From an uncultured Solirubrobacteraceae bacterium (GTDB lineage Bacteria; Actinomycetota; Thermoleophilia; Solirubrobacterales; Solirubrobacteraceae): a stretch of DNA of 64,000 bases. The stretch is taken from the NCBI GenBank assembly GCA_963706235.1, contig OY970157.1, positions 1,330,553 through 1,394,552 of the forward strand. Direction: 5' to 3'. This document shows positions 17,860-28,076 of the stretch, piece by piece. How positions within the stretch are numbered: the stretch's first letter is position 1; each line of letters begins with the position of its first letter. A model generated the notes under the pieces. It was not told where the DNA came from, made no database searches, and saw nothing but the letters and a program-made list of their open reading frames with translations. The position numbers and the translations under genes were made by a program.

Positions 17860-18540
17860 TCAATCCGTCAGCAACGACCGCGCACAGGCAATCCCAGCGT
17901 GGATCGTCGCCGTGAAGTCCCTGTGCGGCTCGGTGAGCATGCGCAGCGCAAAGCCGTCTCCGAGCGAGAACAGCACCTCCGCCACGGCGTCAGGCTCCGC
18001 ATGCAGGTGCAGCACACCCTCGCCCTGTGCTGCAGCCAGCATTCCCGCCACCTGCTCGCGCGTGCTGCGCATCAGGCCTTCATATGCCACCGCTATCTCC
18101 GCGTTCCGGCGCGAAAGCGTGAACAGCTCGAAGACCAGCGTGACGAACTCCGGGTCCTCCCTGATCGTGTCCTGGAGGCTCTGGGCCATCAGCGCGATGA
18201 AATCATCGGCCGTCGTCGCCGTTGACAACTGGCTCTGCAGCCGCTCCAAACGCAACTCGCAGTCGCGCCGCACAGCCTCCGCCAACAACTGCTCCTTCGT
18301 GCCGAAGTAGTAGTGCAGCAAGCCGCGCGACACGCCCGCCTCGCGCGAGACCACGTCGAAGGTGGACCCCGCCGTGCCACGCTGGGCGACGCTCGAGCGC
18401 ATCGCGTCGATGATCCTCTGCGCCTTCTCCCCCGACAGCGAGCGTCCTGCGCCGCCAGCGTCACCCGGGCGCGCACGCCTGGCGCCCGCCTCGGCTGCAG
18501 GACTCTCCACCGCTACCGCGGCATCCACCGGGTTCATCAT
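17860..18540 (-). CDS. TetR/AcrR-family transcriptional regulator
   Basis: The HTH reads TFDVVSREAGVSRGLLHYYFGTKEQLLAEAV. Confidence 0.85.
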   Translation of the reverse strand: MMNPVDAAVAVESPAAEAGARRARPGDAGGAGRSLSGEKAQRIIDAMRSSVAQRGTAGSTFDVVSREAGVSRGLLHYYFGTKEQLLAEAVRRDCELRLERLQSQLSTATTADDFIALMAQSLQDTIREDPEFVTLVFELFTLSRRNAEIAVAYEGLMRSTREQVAGMLAAAQGEGVLHLHAEPDAVAEVLFSLGDGFALRMLTEPHRDFTATIHAGIACARSLLTD

Positions 18541-18560
18541 CGCCTCAGCGCGTGTTTGGA

Positions 18561-19028
18561 TCAGGCGCCTGCAACGCCGGCCGGCGCAGGCGTCTGAGGA
18601 GCGGTGGTCGAGCTGTAGTCGAACTCCTCCTCGGCGCCGAACAGAAGGTCCAGCACCTTCGTACGCAAACTCTCGCTGAGCGCCACGGCCAGCACACCAC
18701 CGATTGCCAACACGACCAGCGAGCGGCCAACGCCACGACGACGGCGCGCAACCTTCGGTGGCTCACGCAACGAGACGCTCACCTCGCGCAGCGAGTTCGC
18801 CGCTTCCTTGAGTTCGTTGTGCAGCTTGCGGTCCTGCAGGAGCGCCTGCGTGGCCGGCTTGCCGTTGTTTAGACGACCGTACGCGCCGCGCGCAGCGCCA
18901 TACGCCGCCGTCAGGTTCGAGCGCAGCTCATCATCTTCGAGGAGACGCTGGAGGTACCGGCTCTGCTGCGCCTGGCGCGCGGCCTCTCCGGCCTTACCGA
19001 GTTTGTCCTTCGCTGCCATTGCCAACAC
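18561..19028 (-). CDS. Hypothetical protein with one C-terminal TM helix
   Basis: The helical N-terminal part shows coding-like composition. The TM segment reads SLVVLAIGGVLAVALS. It is co-directional with and 20 nt upstream of the TetR gene. No named family. Confidence 0.5.
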   Translation of the reverse strand: MLAMAAKDKLGKAGEAARQAQQSRYLQRLLEDDELRSNLTAAYGAARGAYGRLNNGKPATQALLQDRKLHNELKEAANSLREVSVSLREPPKVARRRRGVGRSLVVLAIGGVLAVALSESLRTKVLDLLFGAEEEFDYSSTTAPQTPAPAGVAGA

Positions 19029-19088
19029 CTCCGCCGAAAGCTTTTAGGTCCACGGTCAATATACCCGCATGGCGCTCTCGCCTATCGA

Positions 19089-19325
19089 CTATGTATGCAG
19101 CGCCGCCTGCTCCTGAGCGGATGGAAACGCCCACGCTGCGCGCGTACGACGCTCCTGGCGGAACACGAATCGCAGCTGTTGCGGCGGGCGCAGTTGCGCC
19201 TCGCTCGGCCGAAACGTCGCGCATGGCTCTGACAGCTCCAGCGCGCACAGCAGGTTCACACGGAAGTAGCACTCGTCACAGCTGACCTTCTTGGCGGCGC
19301 GCTTGGGCGCACGCCTTGTCTGCAT
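19089..19325 (-). CDS. Small basic Cys-containing hypothetical protein
   Basis: From ATG 19323-19325 the translation is MQTRRAPKRAAKKVSCDECYFRVNLLCALELSEPCATFRP... Support is weak, resting only on ORF and composition. Confidence 0.3.
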   Translation of the reverse strand: MQTRRAPKRAAKKVSCDECYFRVNLLCALELSEPCATFRPSEAQLRPPQQLRFVFRQERRTRAAWAFPSAQEQAALHT

Positions 19326-19566
19326 TGCCTGCACAGCAACTACCCCCGCGTGGCGATCGGATTGAATGGGACGGCCGCGATCAAAGCACCAATGCAGCGC
19401 CCACTCAAGGGCGCCGGCACGCCCACCCCGCAAATCGCAGACAATTCCGCTGTCTACCCGGAATTAGCCTGCAAGCAGTCACGTTCCTGTGACAATCCGC
19501 TCGAACTCGCCGCATTTTCCGGGCGTTCTCTGGACCGAGCGCCGCGCCGCGTCATCATCAGCACGC

Positions 19567-20547
19567 ATGCGCATTCTCGTTACCGGCGCGAGTGGCTTCG
19601 TCGGCTCGCTGCTGATCCCCGAGCTGGCCGCCCGAGGACATCGCGTGCGTGCGTTCGGCCGCGACCCCGAGCGGGTGCAGCAAGCGCTTGCGCGTACCGG
19701 AGGCGACAGCCGCATCGAGGTGGTGCGTGGGGACGTGCTCACGGCCGTCGGGCTCACGCGGGCGCTCGAAGGAATCGAGGTCGCCTATTACCTGATCCAC
19801 TCCATGGAGCGCACCCCAGACCGAGCGCTGTCCTTTCAAGAGCGCGAGCGCATCGCCGCGGAGAGCTTCGCCGCCGCCGCGGCCGCGGCGGGCGTCCGCA
19901 GGATCGTGTTCCTCGGCGGGCTCCTGCCCCAACCCGATACAAACGACAGCACCGCACTCGATGCTGGGGACCGCGCGCGGATCTCGCACCACCTGGCCAG
20001 CCGTGAGCACGTCGAGCGTGTGCTGCTGGACGCCGTACCCGATTCGCTATCGCTGCGTGCGTCCATCGTCGTGGGAGCACGCTCGCGCTCCTTCCGCCTA
20101 CTCGTACACCTAGTCGAGCGCATGCCCGTGCTCGCCCTGCCCTCCTGGCAGCGCTTTCGTACCCAACCGATCGACGCCAGGGACGTCACCGCGATGCTCG
20201 CCGCGTGCGCTACGACAGCGAACGGCGGCCGCGCCCTGGACATAGCCGGCCCAGACGTGCTCACCTACGGCGAAATGCTCACCAGCATCGCTCAGCTGAT
20301 GCTCGTCAATCGCCCCGCGCTGCGCCTGAGAGTGAATCTGACAGCGATCACAGCCCGGGTCGCAGCTGCGGTCGCCGGCGAGGACCCCGAGCTCGTGGTG
20401 CCCCTGATGGAAGGGCTGCAAGGAGACCTACTGCCGCGCAACGACCGTGCAGCCGAGCTATTGGGTATACGCCTGCACTCATTTGAGTCCGCAGTGGAAC
20501 ACGCCCTGGCCGAATGGGAGTCATTCGAGGCGTTGGCCGCACGGTGA
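19567..20547 (+). CDS. NAD(P)H-binding (NmrA/atypical SDR-like) protein
   Basis: ATG at 19567; the Rossmann N-terminus reads MRILVTGASGFVGSLLIPELAARGHRVRAFGR. Confidence 0.8.
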   Translation: MRILVTGASGFVGSLLIPELAARGHRVRAFGRDPERVQQALARTGGDSRIEVVRGDVLTAVGLTRALEGIEVAYYLIHSMERTPDRALSFQERERIAAESFAAAAAAAGVRRIVFLGGLLPQPDTNDSTALDAGDRARISHHLASREHVERVLLDAVPDSLSLRASIVVGARSRSFRLLVHLVERMPVLALPSWQRFRTQPIDARDVTAMLAACATTANGGRALDIAGPDVLTYGEMLTSIAQLMLVNRPALRLRVNLTAITARVAAAVAGEDPELVVPLMEGLQGDLLPRNDRAAELLGIRLHSFESAVEHALAEWESFEALAAR

Positions 20548-20644
20548 GGATCTAGATGCTTGATTCCGCGGTGCTGCACCACCGGCTCGCACGCCTGGCC
20601 TTCGCCGCTACGGTTGTCCCGTCGCCCCCGCGGAGCCGCCCGTC

Positions 20645-21106
20645 ATGAGCCTCGTCACAGCCTCGATCCTCATCGCAGCGCCCCCCGCCGATGTGTGGAA
20701 GGTGGTGATGGATCCTGCATGCCTGAAGGAGTGGGTCACGATTCACCGCAAGCTCGTGCACGCCGACGACGGCCCGCCAAGCGTGGGCTACCGCATGGAC
20801 CAGCAAATCCACCTGCGGGGGGTGAGCCTCGAGGTTCACTGGGAGCTCGTCGAGTGTCGCGTGGCAACACTGGCCGTGTGGGACGGCCGCGGGCCCGCCC
20901 GCTCGCGTGCGCACAGCGAATACGTCCTCCAGGAAACCGCCGACGGTGGCACACGCTTTGACTACCGCAACGAGTTCCGGACACCGCTAGGGCCAGTGGG
21001 AGCACTCGTCAGCCGTGCACTTGTGGGCGGTATCCCCGAACGGGAGGCAAAGCGCACGCTTGAGCGTCTGCGTGCATACGTGGAGCGGGTTACCGAACAA
21101 AACTAG
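20645..21106 (+). CDS. SRPBCC (START/polyketide-cyclase-like) family protein
   Basis: The translation MSLVTASILIAAPPADVWKVVMDPACLKEWV... and the ~150-aa size are typical. Confidence 0.8.
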   Translation: MSLVTASILIAAPPADVWKVVMDPACLKEWVTIHRKLVHADDGPPSVGYRMDQQIHLRGVSLEVHWELVECRVATLAVWDGRGPARSRAHSEYVLQETADGGTRFDYRNEFRTPLGPVGALVSRALVGGIPEREAKRTLERLRAYVERVTEQN

Positions 21107-21173
21107 TGTAAGGTGAACCAAACCCCTGATGTGAGTCCAATACCGCATCGATACTAGTGAAGAGGACCGAATC

Positions 21174-21650
21174 GTGACCGACTTCCTTGACGAGAAGCGC
21201 CAAGAGATCACAGGCCGACTCAACGAGCTCAAGCCGTTGATTGACGAGTATCACCGCCTGGAGGCCGCTGCTGCAGCGCTCGCCGGCGTCGGTGGCTCAG
21301 CCATTTCGACCGTCGCAGCCGTGGCCACACGCAAACGCGGACCCGGACGGCCCCGTGGCTCCGGCAAAGCAAAAAAAGCCGCCACCACCACGGCCACCGC
21401 AACCACCGCAGCCCCCAAAGCCCCCGGCAAACCCGGTCGCCCCGCGAAACGGCGAGCAGGCAGGCGCAAAGGCAGCGGCACGCGTGCCGCTGAGGCGCGT
21501 TCATTCGTGGAGGGTCAGCCTGGTATCACGATCCCCGAGCTGGCCGCCAAGATGGGCATCAAGCAGAACTACCTCTACCGCGTGCTTCCCGGCCTCGAGC
21601 AGGAAAACAAGGTAGAGAAGAAAGGCCGCGGCTGGTACCCCAAGGGCTAG
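21174..21650 (+). CDS. Putative DNA-binding protein: coiled N-terminus, two AT-hook-like GRP motifs, C-terminal winged-helix
   Basis: RKRGPGRPRGSGK and GKPGRPAKRRAGRRKG are present. The C-terminus reads ITIPELAAKMGIKQNYLYRVLPGLEQENKVEKKGRGWYP. Confidence 0.6.
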   Translation: MTDFLDEKRQEITGRLNELKPLIDEYHRLEAAAAALAGVGGSAISTVAAVATRKRGPGRPRGSGKAKKAATTTATATTAAPKAPGKPGRPAKRRAGRRKGSGTRAAEARSFVEGQPGITIPELAAKMGIKQNYLYRVLPGLEQENKVEKKGRGWYPKG

Positions 21651-21785
21651 TCTCGGAGCCTCTGACGGCGTCCTCGCTCGCTCGCGTGCGAAGCACGCCA
21701 CGCTCACTGCGTCCTTGTCAGAGACTCCGATCCGTCGCCCTTGATCATCACTTGGGCTCGGTTTTTTTGGTGAGTTGAAGAACTC

Positions 21786-21827
21786 TTAGGGGAGTGGCAC
21801 TTGTGGCCACTCCCCTAATTTGTTTGT
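21786..21827 (+). terminator. Intrinsic-terminator-like hairpin plus T-rich tail
   Basis: TTAGGGGAGTGGC-ACTTGTG-GCCACTCCCCTAA is a 13-bp perfect stem. It is followed by TTTGTTTGT. Confidence 0.6.
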
Positions 21828-21956
21828 AAGAAGCTCCAACGACGCCCGTACGTGCTTGCCTATATGGCGATCGGCGATACCTCGTACGGGGGAGCCGTTT
21901 CTTGGTGACCGGCGGTGGCTCCTACCCGATCGGGTGGCGCGGTTTATAGTCGGCTG

Positions 21957-22712
21957 ATGCCAGAGGGACGCTTGGAGGGGAAGGTAGCGATCGTCACCGG
22001 CGCTGCCGGGGGGATCGGCGCGGCGGCTGCTGAGCGGCTGGCGCGGGAGGGCGCGCTGCTGGTGCTCACCGACACCAACGAGGATGGCGCCCAGCGTGTC
22101 GCCGGCGGCCTGCGCGACGGTGTGGACGCCAGGGCGCTTGCCCACGACGTCACCAACGAGGAGCAGTGGCAGAGGGTTGTCACGAGCACGCTCGACGCTC
22201 ACGGACGGATTGACGTGCTCGTGAACAACGCCGGCGTGTTCCTGGCTACCCCGTTGATTGAAACCTCGCTGGAGGACTTCAAGCGGGTGATGGACATAAA
22301 CGTGACGGGTGTGTTCCTGGGGACGCGCACGGTGGCGCCGGCGATGATCGAGCAGCGCGCGGGCTCGATCGTCAACCTGTCGTCTGTGGCGGGGCTGATG
22401 GGCTCGCCTTTGCTGACCGCTTACGCGGCCAGCAAGTGGGCCGTCCGCGGGATGAGCAAAGTCGCCGCCAAGGAGCTTGCGCAGTTCGGTGTGAGGGTGA
22501 ACTCGCTGCACCCCGGGCAAATCGACACTGACATGAGTACGCGCCAGCGCGAACAGACGCCTGAGCTGATCGACAAGCTAATCAGGGGAATCCCGCTACG
22601 GCGCATCGGCACACCGCAGGAGGTGGCCGGCGCGATCGCCTACCTGGCGAGCGAGGACAGCGTCTACGTCACAGGCTCGGAGATGGTGGTCGACGGCGGG
22701 ACGACCGCGTGA
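21957..22712 (+). CDS. Classical short-chain dehydrogenase/reductase (SDR)
   Basis: LEGKVAIVTGAAGGIGAA (TGxxxGxG), NNAG, and the YAASKWAVRG catalytic Y-x3-K are present. Confidence 0.9.
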   Translation: MPEGRLEGKVAIVTGAAGGIGAAAAERLAREGALLVLTDTNEDGAQRVAGGLRDGVDARALAHDVTNEEQWQRVVTSTLDAHGRIDVLVNNAGVFLATPLIETSLEDFKRVMDINVTGVFLGTRTVAPAMIEQRAGSIVNLSSVAGLMGSPLLTAYAASKWAVRGMSKVAAKELAQFGVRVNSLHPGQIDTDMSTRQREQTPELIDKLIRGIPLRRIGTPQEVAGAIAYLASEDSVYVTGSEMVVDGGTTA

Positions 22713-22785
22713 ATGCAACGCCGCGCCCGAGGTCCCGCCAGGCGCGGCGGGGCGAGTCGGGCGCGGTGCATTCCTGACCGTCGGC

Positions 22786-23766
22786 CTAGATCAAGCCCTG
22801 GCTTGCCACGGTGTCGCGCTCGCTCTCGAGCTCTGCGACAGAGGCGGCAATCTTCTCGCGTGAGAACTCGTCGAGCTGGAGACCCTCGACGATCTTGTAC
22901 TCCCCGTCAGCGCAGGTGCAAGGGAAGCCACAGATGAGGCCCTCGGGGATGCCGTAGGAGCCGTCCGAGGGGACTCCCATGGAGACCCAGTCACTCGTGC
23001 CAGTGATCCAGTCGTTGACGTGGTCGATCGCGGCACTGGCAGCAGATGCGGCGGAGGATGACCCACGCGCCTCGATGATCGCAGCGCCGCGTTTCCCGAC
23101 GTTGGGCAAGAAGTCGTTCTCGAGCCATTCCTGGTCGTCGACGACCTTTGCCGCCTGCTCGCCGCGCACCTGTGCGTGGAACAGGTCTGGGTACATCGTG
23201 GGCGAGTGGTTGCCCCACACGCCCATTTGGGTGATGTCCGTGACCGGCACGGCGATCTTCGCGGCAAGCTGTGCGATCGCCCGGTTGTGGTCGAGGCGCA
23301 GCATCGCTGTGAAGCGCTCGCGGGGAATGTCAGGCGCGTTGTTCATCGCGATCAGGCAGTTGGTGTTCGCGGGGTTTCCCACGACGAGCACCTTCAGGTC
23401 CTCAGCTGCGTTGTCGTTCAGCGCCTTGCCCTGGACGGTGAAGATCTTGCCGTTCTCCGCGAGCAGCTCCGCGCGCTCCATGCCCTTGGTGCGCGGACGC
23501 GAGCCGACGAGCAGACCGACGTTCGTGCCGTCGAACGCTTCCGCGGGGCTGTCATGCAGGTCGAGGTTCGCCAGCAGCGGGAAGGCGCAGTCGACGAGCT
23601 CCATCGCCACGCCCTCCAGCGCGCCCATCGCCTGGGGGATCTCCAACAGGCGCAGGTCAACCGGCTGGTCGGGCCCGAGCAGCTGTCCGGAGGCGATGCG
23701 GAACACGATGCTGTAGCCGATCTGACCGGCGGCGCCGGTCACTGTTACTCGTACTGGGTTGCTCAC
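22786..23766 (-). CDS. mdh: Malate dehydrogenase
   Basis: [31 protein letters not shown]...VVGNPANTN...LRLDHNRA are present. The GTG start overlaps the icd stop (GTGA). Confidence 0.95.
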   Translation of the reverse strand: MSNPVRVTVTGAAGQIGYSIVFRIASGQLLGPDQPVDLRLLEIPQAMGALEGVAMELVDCAFPLLANLDLHDSPAEAFDGTNVGLLVGSRPRTKGMERAELLAENGKIFTVQGKALNDNAAEDLKVLVVGNPANTNCLIAMNNAPDIPRERFTAMLRLDHNRAIAQLAAKIAVPVTDITQMGVWGNHSPTMYPDLFHAQVRGEQAAKVVDDQEWLENDFLPNVGKRGAAIIEARGSSSAASAASAAIDHVNDWITGTSDWVSMGVPSDGSYGIPEGLICGFPCTCADGEYKIVEGLQLDEFSREKIAASVAELESERDTVASQGLI

Positions 23767-24980
23767 AAGCTCATCTCCTTTTGAAGGTTCTCATCGATCG
23801 AAGCGAGGAACTCCTGGGTCGTCTGCCACGGCTCGTCAGGGCCAATGATCAGCGCGAGGTCCTTGGTCATCTTGCCGCTTTCCACGGTCTCGACACACAC
23901 GCGCTCGAGCGTCTCAGCGAACGCTGTGACCTCGGGCGTGTCGTCCATGCGCCCGCGCGCCGACAGCCCCCGCGTCCACGCGAAGATCGACGCGATCGGG
24001 TTGGTCGAGGTGGGCTTGCCTTGCTGGTGGGCGCGGTAGTGTCGCGTGACTGTGCCGTGCGCGGCCTCCGCCTCCACCGTCTTACCGTCGGCGGTCATGA
24101 GCACGCTGGTCATCAGCCCCAGCGAGCCGAAGCCCTGTGCGACGGTGTCCGACTGCACGTCACCGTCGTAGTTCTTGCACGCCCACACGTAGCCGCCTTC
24201 CCACTTCAGAGCGGAGGCGACCATGTCGTCGATCAGACGGTGTTCATAGGTGATCCCAGCCGCCTCAAAGTCGCCCACGAACTCATCGAGGTAGACCTCT
24301 TCGAAGATGTCTTTGAAGCGTCCGTCGTAGCGTTTCATGATCGTGTTCTTCGTTGACAGGTACACCGGGTAGTTTCGCTCCAGACCGTATCTGAGCGATG
24401 CACGCGCGAAGTCGCGGATCGAGTCGTCGAGGTTGTACATCGCCATCGCCACGCCCCCACTGGGAAAGTCGTACACCTTCAGCTCGATCGGCTCGCCGCC
24501 ACCGGTGGGCGTGAACGCGAGCGTGAGCTTGCCCTCGCCGGGCACGACCATGTCGGTGGCGCGGTACTGGTCGCCGAAGGCGTGGCGGCCGATCACGATC
24601 GGCTTGGTCCAGCCGGGCACCAGGCGCGGCACGTTCTTGATCACGATCGGCTCGCGGAAGATCACGCCCCCAAGGATGTTGCGGATCGTGCCGTTGGGCG
24701 AGCGGTACATCTCCTTCAGGCCGAACTCCTCCACACGGGCCTCGTCCGGTGTGATCGTCGCGCACTTGACGCCTACACCGTGGCGTTTGATCGCTTCGGC
24801 GGATTCCACTGTCACCCGGTCGTCCGTCGCGTCGCGATGCTCGATGCCCAGGTCGTAGTACTCGAGCTCCACATCCAGGTAGGGAAGGATCAGCTGCTCC
24901 TTGATGAACGACCAGATGATGCGGGTCATCTCATCGCCGTCGAGCTCGACGACGGGGTTCTTCACCTTGATCTTGGCCAT
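23763..24980 (-). CDS. icd: NADP-dependent isocitrate dehydrogenase (eukaryote-like homodimeric subfamily)
   Basis: [36 protein letters not shown]...[14 protein letters not shown]...[12 protein letters not shown] are present. Confidence 0.95.
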   Translation of the reverse strand: MAKIKVKNPVVELDGDEMTRIIWSFIKEQLILPYLDVELEYYDLGIEHRDATDDRVTVESAEAIKRHGVGVKCATITPDEARVEEFGLKEMYRSPNGTIRNILGGVIFREPIVIKNVPRLVPGWTKPIVIGRHAFGDQYRATDMVVPGEGKLTLAFTPTGGGEPIELKVYDFPSGGVAMAMYNLDDSIRDFARASLRYGLERNYPVYLSTKNTIMKRYDGRFKDIFEEVYLDEFVGDFEAAGITYEHRLIDDMVASALKWEGGYVWACKNYDGDVQSDTVAQGFGSLGLMTSVLMTADGKTVEAEAAHGTVTRHYRAHQQGKPTSTNPIASIFAWTRGLSARGRMDDTPEVTAFAETLERVCVETVESGKMTKDLALIIGPDEPWQTTQEFLASIDENLQKEMSL

Positions 24981-25187
24981 GTGGGGTCCTTACTGTCTCT
25001 GCAGGCTACGCAGGATGGGGCCTGCGTGGGGATGGGCCGCCGATGCTATCGCCCGGGCACGTCCCGGCTCCTTCGCGGGAAGGGGGGCGCTGGTGGGACG
25101 GGGCGAATGTAAAGGCGGGGAGTGTGTTACTGCTCTTTTGAAATTGGTGCGCGACGGTAGCCACGCGCCGTGCGCGCGCGCCTCGGC

Positions 25188-26294
25188 TCAGCCGTTCCAG
25201 CTGGCCTGCGCGCCGTGTGCGACGAGCACCGTCGGCGCGCCGCCGGCCCAAGGAACGGTCACGATGCGTCCATGCGAGGGTGCCTGCTCGAAGGATTGCG
25301 TGTTGAGCAGCAGCGTGCCGCCGTCGCTCGAGATGCCCGCGCCCTGCACCTCTTCCCTGCCAACGTGCAGGGCGCGCGCGCGACCGTTGGTGACGTTCAC
25401 GGCGAAGGCTTCGCTGGTGTCCTCCCCGACGAACTCGGCAAGCAGCCTGTTGCCTGCGGCGGAGAAGTCGAGCGGAATCAGGCCCTGCACGAGCGAGCCG
25501 ACGCGAACGTGGGTGAGCTTGCGCACGCGCAGGTTGGTGAGCGTCCCCAGCCAGATCTGGTATTCCGGCGACAGCCGACGCATGCGCTCGCGGTCGTAGG
25601 CGATGTACGCAGGTCCCCAGAGCGGGAAGAGGCTACGTCCGTCGCTGGTGATCGCGTGCACGCCGGCGCCGTCGGCTTCGGCCACGTAGAGGTTCGTCTT
25701 GGCCGATTGAGACAGCGAGTGCCCTAGCGCGAACACGAGCCTGTCGCTGCCGTCCGGCGCGAAGCTCGCGCCGTAGATCTCACCGTGCGCGATCGTGGTG
25801 ACCGTTCCGGTCTGGGTGTCGATCACGTCCAGACTCGAGCTCGAGGTGATGTCGACGGTCGCATTGGACTGTGCAAAGACCGCCAGGTAGCGCGAGTCCG
25901 GAGACCAGGCGAGCGGCGTCGCCGTTGCCGCTTCGAGGCTCAGGTAGTCGGCGATCGGAGCGCCCGAGGATGGGTAGATGCCGATCGCCGGGCCGGCTTC
26001 CTGCGGACCGCTGACAGTGCCGAACAGCGCCACCGCGACCGACTGCCCGTTCGGCGCAAGCAGCGGCTGCTGCCCCAGCCCGAGCAGCTTCGGAGCACTG
26101 CCGTTGGCCGCGGCGAGCCACACCTTCGGCGTCCCGCTCGCCGTCTCTGTGAGATAGGCCAGCCGCGGCGGTTCGGGATTGAGATCCGCCACTACTTCCG
26201 CCCCGGCCACGCCCACAATCGAGAACGCGGCCACTAACAGGAACACCGCGCTCACCGCAAGCCACGCCCGGCGGGGGGTGATCAGCTTCAACAT
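25188..26294 (-). CDS. Secreted/anchored TolB-like beta-propeller (PD40/WD40-like repeat) protein
   Basis: The real start is ATG 26292-26294 (MLKLITPRRAWLAVSAVFLLVAAFSIVG). Repeated segments read LAWSPDSRYLAV, ASFAPDGSDRLVF and GISSDGGTLLL. The upstream 427 codons of the track ORF are antisense to the next gene and are rejected. Confidence 0.7.
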   Translation of the reverse strand: MLKLITPRRAWLAVSAVFLLVAAFSIVGVAGAEVVADLNPEPPRLAYLTETASGTPKVWLAAANGSAPKLLGLGQQPLLAPNGQSVAVALFGTVSGPQEAGPAIGIYPSSGAPIADYLSLEAATATPLAWSPDSRYLAVFAQSNATVDITSSSSLDVIDTQTGTVTTIAHGEIYGASFAPDGSDRLVFALGHSLSQSAKTNLYVAEADGAGVHAITSDGRSLFPLWGPAYIAYDRERMRRLSPEYQIWLGTLTNLRVRKLTHVRVGSLVQGLIPLDFSAAGNRLLAEFVGEDTSEAFAVNVTNGRARALHVGREEVQGAGISSDGGTLLLNTQSFEQAPSHGRIVTVPWAGGAPTVLVAHGAQASWNG

Positions 26295-26327
26295 CGCGCC
26301 GCAGCCTACTCTCTGCTTGACTGTCAT

Positions 26328-28040
26328 GTGATGGCCAGCACTATGTCGGGAGCAGCCACGGGGGACGCGCCGTGGCAGACGCATACGGTGTTCAACCAGG
26401 CACCGCCGCTGGAGAACGTGGACGTGTTCGCCACGAACACGCCGCTGGTGGAGGCGGTCGAGCGCGAGGGCGCCGGCTGGGTCACCGAGCGCGCGTCCGC
26501 GCTGGGCCGCTTCGTTGGTGAGGTCGACGGGCCGCAGCAGCTGTGGGGGAGGCTGGCCAACGAGAACAAGCCGGTGCTGCGCACGTTCGACCGCTATGGA
26601 CACCGCATCGACGAGGTCGAGTTCCACCCGGCGTGGCACCAGCTGATGAAGATGGGCGTGGAGCACGAGCTGCACTCGCTGCCATGGACGAGCGAGGAGC
26701 CCTTCGCACACACAGCGCGCGCGGCGCTGTACATGACCGCAATGCAGGCGGAGGCGGGCTTCGCGTGCCCGATCACGATGACGTTCGCCGTCGTTCCCGC
26801 GCTGCGCGCCCAACCCGAGCTGGCAGCCGAGTGGGAGCCGCTGGTGACGGCGACCAGCTATGACCCGCGGCTGATCCCCGCAGCGGAGAAGGGCTCGGCG
26901 ATCGCGGGCATGGCGATGACCGAGAAGCAGGGCGGGTCGGACGTGCGCGCCAACACCACGACGGCGCGAGCGCTGAACGGCGGCGGTCCGGGGGCGGAGT
27001 ACGAGATCGTCGGGCACAAGTGGTTCTGCTCGGCGCCGATGTCGGACATCTTCCTCGTGCTCGCGCAGACCGACGACGGCCTGTCGTGCTTCCTGCTGCC
27101 GCGCATCCTCCCCGACGGCTCGCGCAACGCGTTTCACATCCAGCGCCTGAAGGACAAGCTCGGCAACCACTCCAACGCCTCCTCGGAGGTGGAGTTCAAC
27201 GGCGCGTGGGCGCGCATGGTCGGCGAGCCCGGACGCGGAGTGCCGACGATCATCGAGATGGTCGGGCACACGCGCCTTGACTGCGTGATCGGCGCCGCTG
27301 CGGGGATGCGCTCGGGCGTCGTCAGCGCCACGCATCACGCCGCGCACCGCAGCGCGTTCGGCAAGCTGCTGATCGACCAGCCGCTGATGCGCAACGTGCT
27401 CGCGGACCTGTGCGTGGAGTCCGAGGCGACGACCGCGCTCGCGATGCGCCTGGCGCGTGCGTACGACGAGGCACACGCCGATGCCGACGCCGGCGAAGAC
27501 GCCACAGACGCGCAGCTGTTCAAGCGGCTGGCGACCGCGGTGGGCAAGTTCTGGAGCTGCAAGCGCGCCCCCAACCACGCGTTCGAGTCACTCGAGTGCC
27601 TCGGCGGCGCGGGCTACGTGGAGGAGTCGGGCATGCCGCGCCTTTATCGCGAGGCGCCGCTCGCCTCGATCTGGGAGGGCTCGGGCAACGTCATGAGCCT
27701 GGACGTCCTGCGCGCGCTTACGCGCTCGCCGCGCTCGCTCGAGGTGTTCTTCGACGAGGTCGAGCAGGCCCGCGGGTCCGACGCCCGCCTGGACGCGCGG
27801 GTGCAGAAGCTGAAGAGCCAGTTCTCCGATCCTGAGACGCTCGAGACACGCGCGCGGCGAGTGGTGGAAGGCATGGCGCTCTGCCTGCAGGGCTCGCTGC
27901 TCGTGCGCCACGGAGCGCCCGCGGTGGCTGATGCGTTCTGCGCCTCGCGCCTGGCCGGCGACGCGGGACTGGAGTACGGCACGCTGCCCGCGGGAGTGGA
28001 CTTCGAGGCGATCATCGATCGCTCGCGCGTACACCTGTAG
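26328..28040 (+). CDS. AidB-like acyl-CoA dehydrogenase family protein
   Basis: The N-terminus WQTHTVFNQAPPLENVDVFATNTPLVEAV...RTFDRYGHRIDEVEFHPAWHQLM is AidB-like. MTEKQGGSDV is present, and the C-terminal ACAD helices read GGAGYVEESGMPRLYREAPLASIWEGSGNV. Confidence 0.85.
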   Translation: MMASTMSGAATGDAPWQTHTVFNQAPPLENVDVFATNTPLVEAVEREGAGWVTERASALGRFVGEVDGPQQLWGRLANENKPVLRTFDRYGHRIDEVEFHPAWHQLMKMGVEHELHSLPWTSEEPFAHTARAALYMTAMQAEAGFACPITMTFAVVPALRAQPELAAEWEPLVTATSYDPRLIPAAEKGSAIAGMAMTEKQGGSDVRANTTTARALNGGGPGAEYEIVGHKWFCSAPMSDIFLVLAQTDDGLSCFLLPRILPDGSRNAFHIQRLKDKLGNHSNASSEVEFNGAWARMVGEPGRGVPTIIEMVGHTRLDCVIGAAAGMRSGVVSATHHAAHRSAFGKLLIDQPLMRNVLADLCVESEATTALAMRLARAYDEAHADADAGEDATDAQLFKRLATAVGKFWSCKRAPNHAFESLECLGGAGYVEESGMPRLYREAPLASIWEGSGNVMSLDVLRALTRSPRSLEVFFDEVEQARGSDARLDARVQKLKSQFSDPETLETRARRVVEGMALCLQGSLLVRHGAPAVADAFCASRLAGDAGLEYGTLPAGVDFEAIIDRSRVHL

Positions 28041-28076
28041 GTCGCCGACCCCGCCGGGCCTACCATTGAGGCCAGC

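Noticed and set aside
25188-27578. A 796-aa minus-strand ORF, the longest in the track.
   Set aside because: Only the last 369 codons (from ATG 26292-26294, with a signal/TM and beta-propeller repeats) look like protein. The upstream part is R/H/G/A-rich, lies antisense to the well-supported AidB-like gene (26328-28040), and has no motifs.
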